Positions 20,169 through 29,800 of a stretch of 64,000 nt of DNA are shown here, piece by piece. The number at the start of each line of letters is the position of its first letter. Within the stretch, counting starts at the first letter, position 1. Made by a program: the position numbers and the translations under genes. The notes under the pieces were generated by a model. It made no database searches and was not told the origin of the DNA. It was given only the letters and a program-made list of their open reading frames with translations. The DNA comes from Thermoplasmata archaeon (GTDB lineage: Archaea > Thermoplasmatota > Thermoplasmata > RBG-16-68-12 > JAFNFQ01), in assembly GCA_041489255.1 (NCBI GenBank), contig JBGPQV010000003.1:32001-96000 (forward strand). Reading direction: 5' to 3'.

Positions 20169-20426
20169 TCGCGGATGCAAGCGGATGTCTACCTGTCGAA
20201 TCCCTATTTAGCAGTTTCACACGCAGGGCTATGCACGGACCCGGATGGTCGATTGAGCGGAGTGGGTGGTGGATATGATCTTCATCCGGACGCTGGTCGG
20301 AAGAATCTTGCATCATGCGAATGGAATAATCGCATTACGCGAAGGCGACGAGGGCCAATCGGAGGCCGTTGGGATCGAGGAATCCTCCATCGGTGCGCAT
20401 CCCACTCCATACAGGGGTCCTTTCAA

Positions 20427-20943
20427 CCACAGTCGCACGGACTCCGTCCACACTCGGAGAGACTCCGTCCGAACTCGCTCCGCCTACGTCCACGTGTGGA
20501 GACACTCCGTCCACACGCGCACGGACTCCGTCCGCGTTTTCCGGGGGTATCGATACTTGCGCGTATATGCGCGAGAATGTTCCCGGGCTCCGTCCACACT
20601 CGCTCCGCCTCCATCCACACGCGGAGAGACTCCGTCCACACTCGCACGGCCTCGGTCCACGCGTGGGAGGGTCCGTCCACACGCGGACCGGCCTCATCCA
20701 CGTGCGGAGGAACTCCGTCCACACGTGGAGCGGCTTGCTCCAGACTCTCCGGGGCTTCCGGTGCAGTTTTCCGCATCCGCGACGATGTTCCGAAGCTCGG
20801 TCCGAGTGCTCCGAGAATCCATCCACACGCGGAGGGACTTCCTCCACACTCGGAGCGACTCCGCCCACATGTGGAGCAGCTCCCCCCACACTCACCCGAG
20901 CTTGCTCCGGATGCATCGGAGTCCAATCCGCATTCGTGCGCGA
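20427..20943. repeat. Degenerate 21-bp tandem array, about 24 units, consensus CCACACGCGGAGNGACTCCGT
   Basis: ccacagtcgcacggactccgt, ccacactcggagagactccgt, ccacacgcgcacggactccgt, ccacacgcggagagactccgt and similar, with two degenerate patches. Confidence 0.9.
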
Positions 20944-21010
20944 CAACGCTCGATATTCTCGGCAATCCTTTTAAGTAGCCCTCGATGGCATCGGGGCTCA
21001 GGAAGATGAG

Positions 21011-21187
21011 ATGAAGAAGAAGGTGACGAGGCCCCTAATCAAGGTCAACAAGAAGGTGCACGTGGTGCACTTGAACGTCGGCTCGGGCTATGTCACGTAC
21101 CTCGAGGAAGATTGCAGGCAGGGGGATGTAAGGGTGAGGGGGATCTCGCTCGAAGCCTCCGCGAGGAAGAAGGCGGCAAAGAACTAA
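21011..21187 (+). CDS. Small basic hypothetical protein (58 aa; below ORF-track cutoff)
   Basis: MKKKVTRPLIKVNKKVHVVHLNVGSGYVTYLEEDCRQGDVRVRGISLEASARKKAAKN*; mostly G/C-ending codons; TTTTAAGTA at about 20969. Confidence 0.6.
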   Translation: MKKKVTRPLIKVNKKVHVVHLNVGSGYVTYLEEDCRQGDVRVRGISLEASARKKAAKN

Positions 21188-21543
21188 GCGGCAGTCTCCT
21201 TCGAATCCTGATAGCATTTCATGATTTGCGGTTTCACATACATCCTCATCGCTGGATACACCCCGACATTCCCAGACGTAACAGACCGGCGATACATAAG
21301 GGAGGAGTCCTTGAATCCCACCCCTGAAGACAGCGTCCTCCAGAAGTGCGTAGAGATCAGGAAGGTGAAGCAAATGAGTATTTTCACCCAGTAATGCGTC
21401 TGCGTGAAGGCCTCCAAGGGAAACCCGGAAAAGATGTGGTTCTGCAAGCTGCCTGACTACCGAGGCTGCGGTTGGTGAACCGGGGATTTGATACGCCCCA
21501 GGCTCTACAAAAGACTTATGAGCCTGCCAGCGAATCTTGACTC

Positions 21544-24012
21544 ATGGGTCTGGAGGCGGGGACCGTGAGGACTGTCGCTGCGTTATTGGTTGGGTGCCTC
21601 TTCGTGAATTCCATTTCCGGCTATGTCATGCAGCAACCGCCGTCGCCTCAGACAGTGACGCTGCCATGCACGTTCGAGGTCGCCCAGGGCGGGTCGAACC
21701 ATGCAGTAGAGCCCGTCGAGCGGGCGCAGACAGTCAGCTCATTCTACAACTACTTCAGCGACAGCGCACACACGCCGTTCGCCGAGGCCTACGTGAGCGT
21801 GCTCTATCTCTATCTTGACACCGGAAGCAGCAGGTTGTACTTCGTGTTCCACTTCAATGTCGACGGAAGCGGAACGCCTGATGCACTGACGGATGTTGAG
21901 CTGCAGGGAATCCCGGCAGGAGCTTCAGTGGCGGTCTCCGACGACCCCGGGGAGTTCAACCTCGCGCGCAATCCCCAGGGCCAGTTCCATTACTTCACCA
22001 ACACTGACGGCGGCGCCCTTGGACCGCTGCCGACGAGCAGCGAGTGGACCATGAAGGTGGACCTGACCCACTATGGCCCGGACCCGGCGCGCTACCAGCG
22101 CTGGGTCGATAGCGACGGTACTCACATCCCGCTTTCGATGACGGGGCAGGTCACGATCGGGAGCGCATGCAACAAGCCGCCTGTGGCGAACGGCAGCGGG
22201 CCGTACATCGGCACCGAGGGGTCTCCGATCCTGTTCAACGCGAGCGGTTCCTATGACCCCGACGGAGACGCGCTCACCTACGCATGGGACTTCGAAAACG
22301 ATGGCACCACGGACATCACGACGATGAACGCCACGGTCAGCCACACATATCCTGATGACTTCAAAGGGAAAGCGAGGCTCACAGTCTCCGATGGGAAACT
22401 GCAGAATTCTACGACGGTCGACGTGGGCGTGAAGAATGTCTCTCCGTCAATAACCTTCGACTCAGTCACGGATTCTCCAGAGGGCGGTGTGATCACGCTG
22501 CAGTTCAGCATCACCGACCCAGGAGCAGATCCGGTGAATGTCACGGTGGACTGGGGAGACGGCCTCCCGCCAGAATTCATCGGCCCATGGTTCAACCCGA
22601 GCGGACAGACGGTGACCGCCACGTGGACTTACGGAGATGACGGCAGCTTCCCGCTCGAGATCACCGCAACCGACGACGATGGCGGGGTCGGGATGCTGGA
22701 AGGCAAGTTCGCGATAGTGCAGAACCTCCCGCCGACAATCATCGCACTTTCATTCCCAGCCACCGCAGACGAGGGGTCGCTCGTCGACATGACCGCAACC
22801 GGACAGGATCCGGGGAGCGATGACCTCCGTTTCACCGTGGACTTCGGAAACGGCGAGGTGGAGTCGAGGGTTTTCTACAATGACGGGGCCCGCCCTGACC
22901 CGCCGCTGAGCCCGCTCGGGACGTTCCCGTTCGCAGCCACGTCCACATTCACGGCATTCTACCCGCAGGACGGGGACTATGCCGGGGAGTTGACGGTGCA
23001 GGATGACGATGGCGGTAGTCTCGTGGTCACCTTCTACATCAACATTCAGAATGTTCCTCCGACGATTATCCCCTTCGGACCGGTCTATGTCGACGAGGGA
23101 TCACCCGGCAGCATGACCGCCACCGCAACAGACCCGGGCAACGACACGCTCGCATTCCATTGGGAGTTCGAACTCGGGCCCACCCTGGACGAGACATTCC
23201 CCGCAACCGGATCGCCAATGAGCGCCACCAGCACCGCCGCCTTCCTGTACGGGGATGACGGCAACTATTCCGTCCTCCTCACTGTGACAGATGAGAACGG
23301 CGCCTCTGCGGTGTATGAGACAGCGGTCATCGTCAGGAATGTCGCACCGACCACGCGGATCGTCCAGGTCAACCGTCCAGGAACGTTCACGCTGCGCGTT
23401 GCGGGAGAGAAGTGGCACGATGTCGAAGGCATCTTCTTCATCAACGACACTGTGCTCGGCGACCTGCGCATCGTCAGGATGCCGGGCTCCCCCGATGATC
23501 AGGCGATGTCAACGAACGTGACGGACCTGTTCCTATCGGCCAACTATTCCGCGAGGATCGTGTACACACCAGAAGACGACCCGATCAACGGGCAGCCTAA
23601 TGGCGCGAACCCCGTGTGGATCATGGTCGGGTCTCCAGGTGAGGAGCCGATCAGAATACACCACACGTTCAATGTCAACCACCCCGGGACCTACGTATGG
23701 GAGGTGGACCTCACGCCGTATGTGGCGAGATTGGCGGTTCAGTTCAAGGCGGTGGCGGTAGACCCGGGCAGCGACGACCTGACGTTCGAGTGGGACTTTG
23801 GGGACAACAGCACGATCCAGAACTCAACGGCGTTCAACGATGATGTCGGGCCGGACCCGCCAGAGAGCCCGGGCGGTACCTTCCCGTTCACCGCTGCGAG
23901 CGAGGTCAGCCATGCTTTCGCGAGCCCTGGAACCTATGTAGTCAGGCTGACCGTTCATGACGATGATGGCGGGAGCTCGACCACCAGTATGACCATCGCG
24001 ATCCTTGGCTGA
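21544..24012 (+). CDS. Secreted PKD-domain protein
   Basis: Signal peptide; repeated WDF/DWGDG/DFG...Y.DDG.Y...LTV.DDDGG and DPGSDDL motifs. Confidence 0.9.
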   Translation: MGLEAGTVRTVAALLVGCLFVNSISGYVMQQPPSPQTVTLPCTFEVAQGGSNHAVEPVERAQTVSSFYNYFSDSAHTPFAEAYVSVLYLYLDTGSSRLYFVFHFNVDGSGTPDALTDVELQGIPAGASVAVSDDPGEFNLARNPQGQFHYFTNTDGGALGPLPTSSEWTMKVDLTHYGPDPARYQRWVDSDGTHIPLSMTGQVTIGSACNKPPVANGSGPYIGTEGSPILFNASGSYDPDGDALTYAWDFENDGTTDITTMNATVSHTYPDDFKGKARLTVSDGKLQNSTTVDVGVKNVSPSITFDSVTDSPEGGVITLQFSITDPGADPVNVTVDWGDGLPPEFIGPWFNPSGQTVTATWTYGDDGSFPLEITATDDDGGVGMLEGKFAIVQNLPPTIIALSFPATADEGSLVDMTATGQDPGSDDLRFTVDFGNGEVESRVFYNDGARPDPPLSPLGTFPFAATSTFTAFYPQDGDYAGELTVQDDDGGSLVVTFYINIQNVPPTIIPFGPVYVDEGSPGSMTATATDPGNDTLAFHWEFELGPTLDETFPATGSPMSATSTAAFLYGDDGNYSVLLTVTDENGASAVYETAVIVRNVAPTTRIVQVNRPGTFTLRVAGEKWHDVEGIFFINDTVLGDLRIVRMPGSPDDQAMSTNVTDLFLSANYSARIVYTPEDDPINGQPNGANPVWIMVGSPGEEPIRIHHTFNVNHPGTYVWEVDLTPYVARLAVQFKAVAVDPGSDDLTFEWDFGDNSTIQNSTAFNDDVGPDPPESPGGTFPFTAASEVSHAFASPGTYVVRLTVHDDDGGSSTTSMTIAILG

Positions 24013-24112
24013 ACTGATTCCAATCAGCCACATCCATACGGCAAAGTATTTTGTCAGGCCGAATATCGGTCGACAAAATGGGACTGCTCCATAGAACTCT
24101 TTGTCCGGTCTT

Positions 24113-24161
24113 GTCCCCCCAAGCTCCGCCCTGCAATACGGGCGGGGCACCTTTCCTTTTT
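24113..24161 (+). repeat. Hairpin plus T-rich element, copy 1 (copy 2 at 36613-36658)
   Basis: gtccccccaagctccgccctg-caata-cgggcggggcacctttccttttt. Confidence 0.7.
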
Positions 24162-24573
24162 CCATTATGGGATAAATTCTTGTCCCGATTCCTGCACTCG
24201 CTCTCACAGGTGGAACATGGAAATTGAATGAACGAAGACTAGCCCTGAAGACTCACAGGAATCGCGGGCAAAGATGATCGCCGAAAATAATAGGGCGTTG
24301 AACCGATATGTGGCAGGAATTAGTAACCAAAGCCTAACGAAGGTGAAAGAGCGAGCCGATTCTCTCCAAATGGCCATGGATCAGTTGGGGAATGATGTGT
24401 GCCCGGCAGCTGCCGACCTCAACAAGGTAGCAAGCTGCGTGCGGCTGCCAACGTGGGACGCAATCTGCGAATCTCTTATCGTGAAAGCATATCCTCCCCA
24501 TGGCTTAGCGGACTAGGTGACCACTTGATTGAATCTACCCTCTTGCTGCGCCTGCTCTGCGCCCAGCCGCGGT

Positions 24574-25119
24574 TCACAACTGCACGAAGAGGCAATTATA
24601 GACCGTCGGAGGTCCGGGCTCCCCCGGTGCATTGCCTTTCATGCCAGGCACTCTTAGGGAGAGTATCGACCATGGCAGCACCTCGATGCCTTCGTTCTCG
24701 AGTTGTCTCAGTATGCAGTCCTCCAGATGTTTCAGTCTGTCGGGCACGATCTCGGGGTCCTGCCACCCTCTTTCCCCCAGCACACCCCAGTGGAACCTCG
24801 CAAGCGGCCGCGCCTTGCTGATGTGTATGAAGGCTTCGTAATCGCCCATCCTTATCTGGCCCGGCTTCGTGCGAGGGTCCCTCGAAACAGGTTTCAGTCT
24901 CGACTCCGAGGTCCTTATCCAGTGGCATATGTCGTAGTTCCCATCTAGCCAATAATACGCGTTTACGCCGCATTCGTCTCTGATGCGTTGGCAAAGTCTC
25001 TCCACCTTGGCACAATCTCTCATCGTGAATTCGAACTTGGGGTCCATCTTGTCGAAATCCATCGATGGATACATCTCTCTTGTCAGACGGATTATCTTGT
25101 CCGGAATCACGCTCTCCAT
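24574..25119 (-). CDS. Putative immunity protein, paralogue 3 (181 aa)
   Basis: 26 differences out of 181 versus 26242-26787 by my count; preceded by an orphan toxin tip. Confidence 0.8.
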   Translation of the reverse strand: MESVIPDKIIRLTREMYPSMDFDKMDPKFEFTMRDCAKVERLCQRIRDECGVNAYYWLDGNYDICHWIRTSESRLKPVSRDPRTKPGQIRMGDYEAFIHISKARPLARFHWGVLGERGWQDPEIVPDRLKHLEDCILRQLENEGIEVLPWSILSLRVPGMKGNAPGEPGPPTVYNCLFVQL

Positions 25120-25135
25120 TCAAATCATCTCATGG

Positions 25136-25318
25136 TTATTTCTGCTGTCGCCAATCGTTCACTGCTTTAATCCAGGCCCATACATTCTCATCTTTCACGG
25201 GGAAGAATGAAATTATCGAACCATCCGAAGCCCTTACAACAATTTTCATCTCGTCGATGTCACGCATCCCTGGTCTATACGTGTATGTTCGTCTGACTGA
25301 ATCTTGGCTTGCCAGAAT
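25136..25318 (-). pseudogene. Orphan toxin C-terminal fragment
   Basis: Startless frame ...TYTYRPGMRDIDEMKIVVRASDGSIISFFPVKDENVWAWIKAVNDWRQQK* matches the end of the 2867-aa protein (IYTYKPHMYGIDEVTIVVRASDGSIISFFPVQGENVWAWIKALNDWRQQI*). Confidence 0.85.
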
Positions 25319-25374
25319 CTAACAGGAAATCGATATCCTGTAGAGACCCGTCTTTCTGGCCCTCACATGACCAT

Positions 25375-25920
25375 TCAAATCCAGGAGAAGAGGCATTCGA
25401 ACACTCTTGGCGGCTCTGGATTGTCGAACACCCGACCTCCCATGCCTGGCACTGGGCGGAGCAAGATATCCCTCGGAATGACCTCGATGCCCTCCGATCG
25501 TAGTTGGCTCAGTATGCACGTTTCAAGGGATTTCAGCTTTGCTGGCGGTTCGGGGAGTATCTCCCAGTGAAGCTTCCCTAGAACTTGCCAGGTCATTGCT
25601 GCCAGCGGGGCCGCCCTGCTGATATTCATCTGAACCTCGATGTCTCCAGTCCTATAATCCTCATGGCGAGCTTTGGGGTGCCCCGACACAGGCTTCTCCC
25701 TCGAGGTTGAGAGCCGTATCCAGTGACAGATGTCGTAGTTGCCGTCTAGCCAGTAATGGACGTTGACTTGACATTCCGATTCCAGGCGTCTGCAAAGCCT
25801 TTGCACCCTCGCAGGGTCGTCCTTTGAGCGCGCAAGGCGGGAATCCCTTTCGTTCACGTTCATGGTTGGATAAATTTCTCTTATCAAACGCATCAGGTCA
25901 TCTGGGATTGCTGTTTCCAT
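25375..25920 (-). CDS. Putative immunity protein, paralogue 2 (181 aa, more diverged)
   Basis: METAIPDDLMRLIREIYP...YWLDGNYDICHWIR...EGIEV...CLF shared with the other two copies; ATG 25920 gives the same length. Confidence 0.8.
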   Translation of the reverse strand: METAIPDDLMRLIREIYPTMNVNERDSRLARSKDDPARVQRLCRRLESECQVNVHYWLDGNYDICHWIRLSTSREKPVSGHPKARHEDYRTGDIEVQMNISRAAPLAAMTWQVLGKLHWEILPEPPAKLKSLETCILSQLRSEGIEVIPRDILLRPVPGMGGRVFDNPEPPRVFECLFSWI

Positions 25921-25936
25921 CTCTGTCACCGTTTCG

Positions 25937-26101
25937 TCAAAACTGTTGAACCCATCTTGAGGGGCTTGGGTCTTGTGCCAAGAAATCCATCCTTGACCTA
26001 GTTCCGTGGCGGGAGGCAGCATCGCGCTGCAGCTGGAGGTACACCGTCTTCCTCCTTCCATCCCTTTCAAACTCCCCGAATATCGAACGGCCGATGTTCA
26101 T
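25937..26101 (-). pseudogene. Possible diverged orphan toxin tip
   Basis: Ends RWVQQF* exactly 16 nt before the paralogue-2 ATG, mirroring DWRQQI*/DWRQQK* plus 16 nt in the other two cassettes; upstream part not alignable by eye. Confidence 0.4.
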
Positions 26102-26241
26102 TTGACCGCACGGATGGAATGCGCTTGGGGCATTTAAGCCATCATTTGGAAAGCAGTCAAATCTTTGCGCCCAATCTCTCTTCCATCGATTGGATGCGGT
26201 ATCGGAGTCGGGCGTACTCGCCGCAGCCGCTCGGCTGCAAT

Positions 26242-26787
26242 TCATATCGACGAGAAGAGGCAATTATAGACAGTCGGAGGTCCCGGTTGCCCAGGTGCAT
26301 TACCTTTCATACTAGGTACTCTTAGGAAGAGAATCGACAATGGCAGCACCTCGATGCCTTCATTCCTGAGTTGATTCAGAATGCAGTCGTCCAGCTGTTT
26401 CAGTCTGTCGGGCACATTCTCGGGGTGCTGCCACCCTCTTTCCCCGAGCACACCCCAGTCGAACCTCGCAAGGGGCCGGGCCTTGCTGATGAATATGAAA
26501 GCCTCGTAACTGCCCATCGTCTTCTCTTCCGGCTTCGTGCGAGGGTCCCTCGAAACGGGTTTCAGTCTCGACTCCGAGGTTCGTATCCAGTGGCATATAT
26601 CGTAGTTCCCGTCTAGCCAATAGTACACGTTCACGCCGCATTCTTCTCTAATGCGTTGGCATAGTCTCTCCACCTTGGCGCTGTCTCTCATCGTGAACTC
26701 GAACTTGGGGTCCATCTTGTCGAAGTCCATCGATGGATACATCTCCCTTATCAGACGCATTATCTTGTCCGGAATCACGCTCTGCAT
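26242..26787 (-). CDS. Putative cognate immunity protein, paralogue 1 (181 aa)
   Basis: Starts 16 nt after the stop of the giant protein; soluble; triplicated. Confidence 0.8.
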   Translation of the reverse strand: MQSVIPDKIMRLIREMYPSMDFDKMDPKFEFTMRDSAKVERLCQRIREECGVNVYYWLDGNYDICHWIRTSESRLKPVSRDPRTKPEEKTMGSYEAFIFISKARPLARFDWGVLGERGWQHPENVPDRLKQLDDCILNQLRNEGIEVLPLSILFLRVPSMKGNAPGQPGPPTVYNCLFSSI

Positions 26788-26803
26788 TCAGATCATCTCA
26801 TGA

Positions 26804-29800
26804 TTATATCTGCTGTCGCCAGTCGTTCAATGCTTTAATCCAGGCCCATACATTCTCACCTTGCACAGGGAAGAATGAGATTATCGAACCATCTGAAGCC
26901 CTAACGACGATGGTTACCTCATCAATACCATACATGTGAGGCTTATAGGTGTAGATAAGATTGCCTGAATTGGTATCGAGCTTGATGTCTCCCAACGGGG
27001 TATTTCTTAGACCGTCCCTGAGCAACTCCCAGACTTGTGCGTCGGTCATTGCCGGAGGGAGCGTCTTTTCGATTGGATATCCAGTGATGGTCTTGCCCGT
27101 CGGGAAGAAGGATGTAATATCCTTATCCAAGCTGACTATGCTGCCTTCAATGTGGCGGCCAATGACATGGAACTGACCAAACCGCCCGTCTCCCATTTTG
27201 AGGACCGCGATGCCGTCGGGCAATCCGCTGGCCTTCCATGCTTTCAACACTTCATCAGCGCCAGCACCTTCGTCGAGCGGGTTAGCACCGTTCTTCCTAA
27301 CCCACGCTCCGAACCTTTCGAGGGCCCCAGGTTCGAGTTCGATTACATCTTTTGTCACAGACCTCCAGACACCCTCTCGAATAGCTCTATCCGGAAAGGC
27401 GGCTTCGAAACCGATTACTTCAGCCTCTGGAAGTCTCAACAACGCCTTTGTCCTTCCGCGAAGGATGTCGTCTGATATGCCGAGGACATCCGCACTCCAC
27501 TTGGTCATCAGCACCAAGCCCGCCAGCCCGATTCCGTTCGCGAACATCTCCTCGAAGAAGCCTCCGAACAGCTCTGCAAGTGCGTAGCTGCCAGCGAAGA
27601 TGGCACCCGCAAGGGCGAGTTTCACTGTGCATCGGCCGAAGTATTCATAAGCCCTAGCTGCGAAACTGATGATTCTTTGGAGGGGACCGAGCTTGGAAAG
27701 TGCTTGAGTAATCATTGCCCCAATGTTTCCAGCTTCGAGGGCTCCTTTGACAGCGGCTCCCGCACCCGCCGTCACAATCATTCCGATTATATTTCCGATC
27801 CAATACCAGTAATTGAATGTCTCGTGATCATTGCTCATGTCCCAGGGATCGTTGTCGCCGTCGGGAACCGGGTCGTAGGGATTGGCGTTTTCTGCTTGTT
27901 GAACTAAAGCGTCGTAGAGAGACCCAAGAGCGTTTCGCAATGTATCACCGGGATTCCCGCTATTGAGCAGGTCATGCCCGAACGATGCGCCAGAATCGAA
28001 CAGCGAACCTGCATTTTTCATAATGGACGGTATGCTCGTGAACATCCCCGAGAAACAATCCCACAAGCCGACTGCCATCCCTCCAACCTCTGGACCAAGA
28101 TACTTGACCGTCAGGTCTTTCAGAAGGTCCCGAGCTCTGTCAAAATATGTGTCTTGCTTGAGCCAGTAATGGTTTGCATTGCCGTTGACGTCCACCACAT
28201 AGAAATCGACGGTCTTGCCCGTGAATGCATCCAAGAAGCCGATGCTGAAGTCCTTATTGCGAGTGTCGAAGATATTCGCATAGAGATCGTCGTTGGAATA
28301 CTCCTTTCCATCAACGACAGTTATTAAGGACCCTAGCCCCACGTTGTCGGACATGACGATGGTGACGTGGACACACTTCAGCCCTTCCCAGCAAAGTGAG
28401 GTGGACCAAGACAAATCAATGTAAGGAACGACCAATTCCACTACGCTGGGTTCGTCATCTATGTCATCTTTCATCCTATCTCCATCGCTGTCCTGCTTTC
28501 TTGGGTCAACTTTCTGTAAGAACTCCATCAGATCATTTAGCCCGTCTCCGTCCGTGTCTTTCTTGTCCGGATCGGAAGTCACGTGGTAGCGAGTAAAGAG
28601 TGGCCTTATGGCCTCCGACACCATGTTCTGGGCGTGGACTGGAAGGGATGTATCGTCGAGTATGCGGGTCATCTCGTAGACGTTCGCGACGGAGGTGAGC
28701 ATGACCGTGTCCCATCCTAGGATCTCTATTCCGTCGAGCAGAAGGTCCCCGTCGCAATCAGGATTCAGCGGGTTAGTCACCCATCCATAAACACCAGTGA
28801 CTTCTTCGCCATCTTTGAGTCCGTCGCCATCCGTGTCGGGTTCCAACGGATTCGTCCCGTATCCACCGCCAGGATTCGGCTCCCCCAGGTAGCCCACCTC
28901 ACCTAACTCTTCACCAGAATCCCAGACTTGGTTGCGCAAGGTGTCGTGCCAGCCATCCCAGAGTCCGTCCCCATCCGTATCAGAGAGCACGGGACTTGTG
29001 CGGTAGTTCCGTTCCCCCATCAGCTCGCCAGAATCCCATATTTGATTGGGAGTCCCCTGATTGTCATTCCAGCCGTCCCAGAGTCCGTCCCCATCAGAGT
29101 CTGGATCGCATGCGTTTATGAGGCTATCACCATCAGTGTCAACCCACCAGTCTATTTCCGAACCATCTAAGATTCCATCTCCGTCACTGTCAGGATTTGT
29201 TGAGGAAAGGCACGAGTAGGCAGGTAAGCCCTCGATTCCGTCGCTCAGTCCATCGGAATCGGAATCCAGCAGATCTTCCGGCGTGTAATCTCTGCCGCCT
29301 AGAATCACGAGAATCGATTCGAGCAATAGATCGCCCTTGGTGCTCGAGTGGAACCGAATCGGTATGAATTGATAACCGTCCACATCCGGGTAGCTCGCCA
29401 GCAATGCGTTGATAGCGTCGGTATCCAAAAGCACAATCAGGTGGTCAGTCCATGGAAATGGGATGCCTGCATCAGGGCTGACATATCCCTCTTGCTTCCA
29501 CTCAGGATTGTCATCCCCCTCTGATGTCACGATATTGATGGAGACATCATGCGGATAATCTACGCAAAACATCTGATATACCAAAGAGCCCGAATCGGTA
29601 GTCCAATCAATCGATTCGAAGAAATTAACATCGTAGAGCAAAGCATGGTTTGCCCAAATTCGCGCGTCGTCGCTCGCGGCCCAATAGAATTCCCCGTTGA
29701 ACATCCTTAGTATCATCCAGTATGTGGTTTCCGCTTCTAGCAGTACTGGGGAATCGAATCGAAACTCAAGCCAACCGTAGAGGGCGCCGGATACTTCGAC

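Noticed and set aside
19947-21009. Long ORFs in several frames across the second array
   Set aside because: Openness follows from the stop-poor repeat; the products are low-complexity and no frame is favoured.
24274-24516. 80-aa ORF, and likewise 21184-21447 and 36504-36827
   Set aside because: No motifs, atypical codon usage or no credible start; cannot be supported as genes.
24574-26787. Diversity-generating retroelement explanation for the near-duplicate cassettes
   Set aside because: No reverse transcriptase in the window, and the differences are not confined to adenines.
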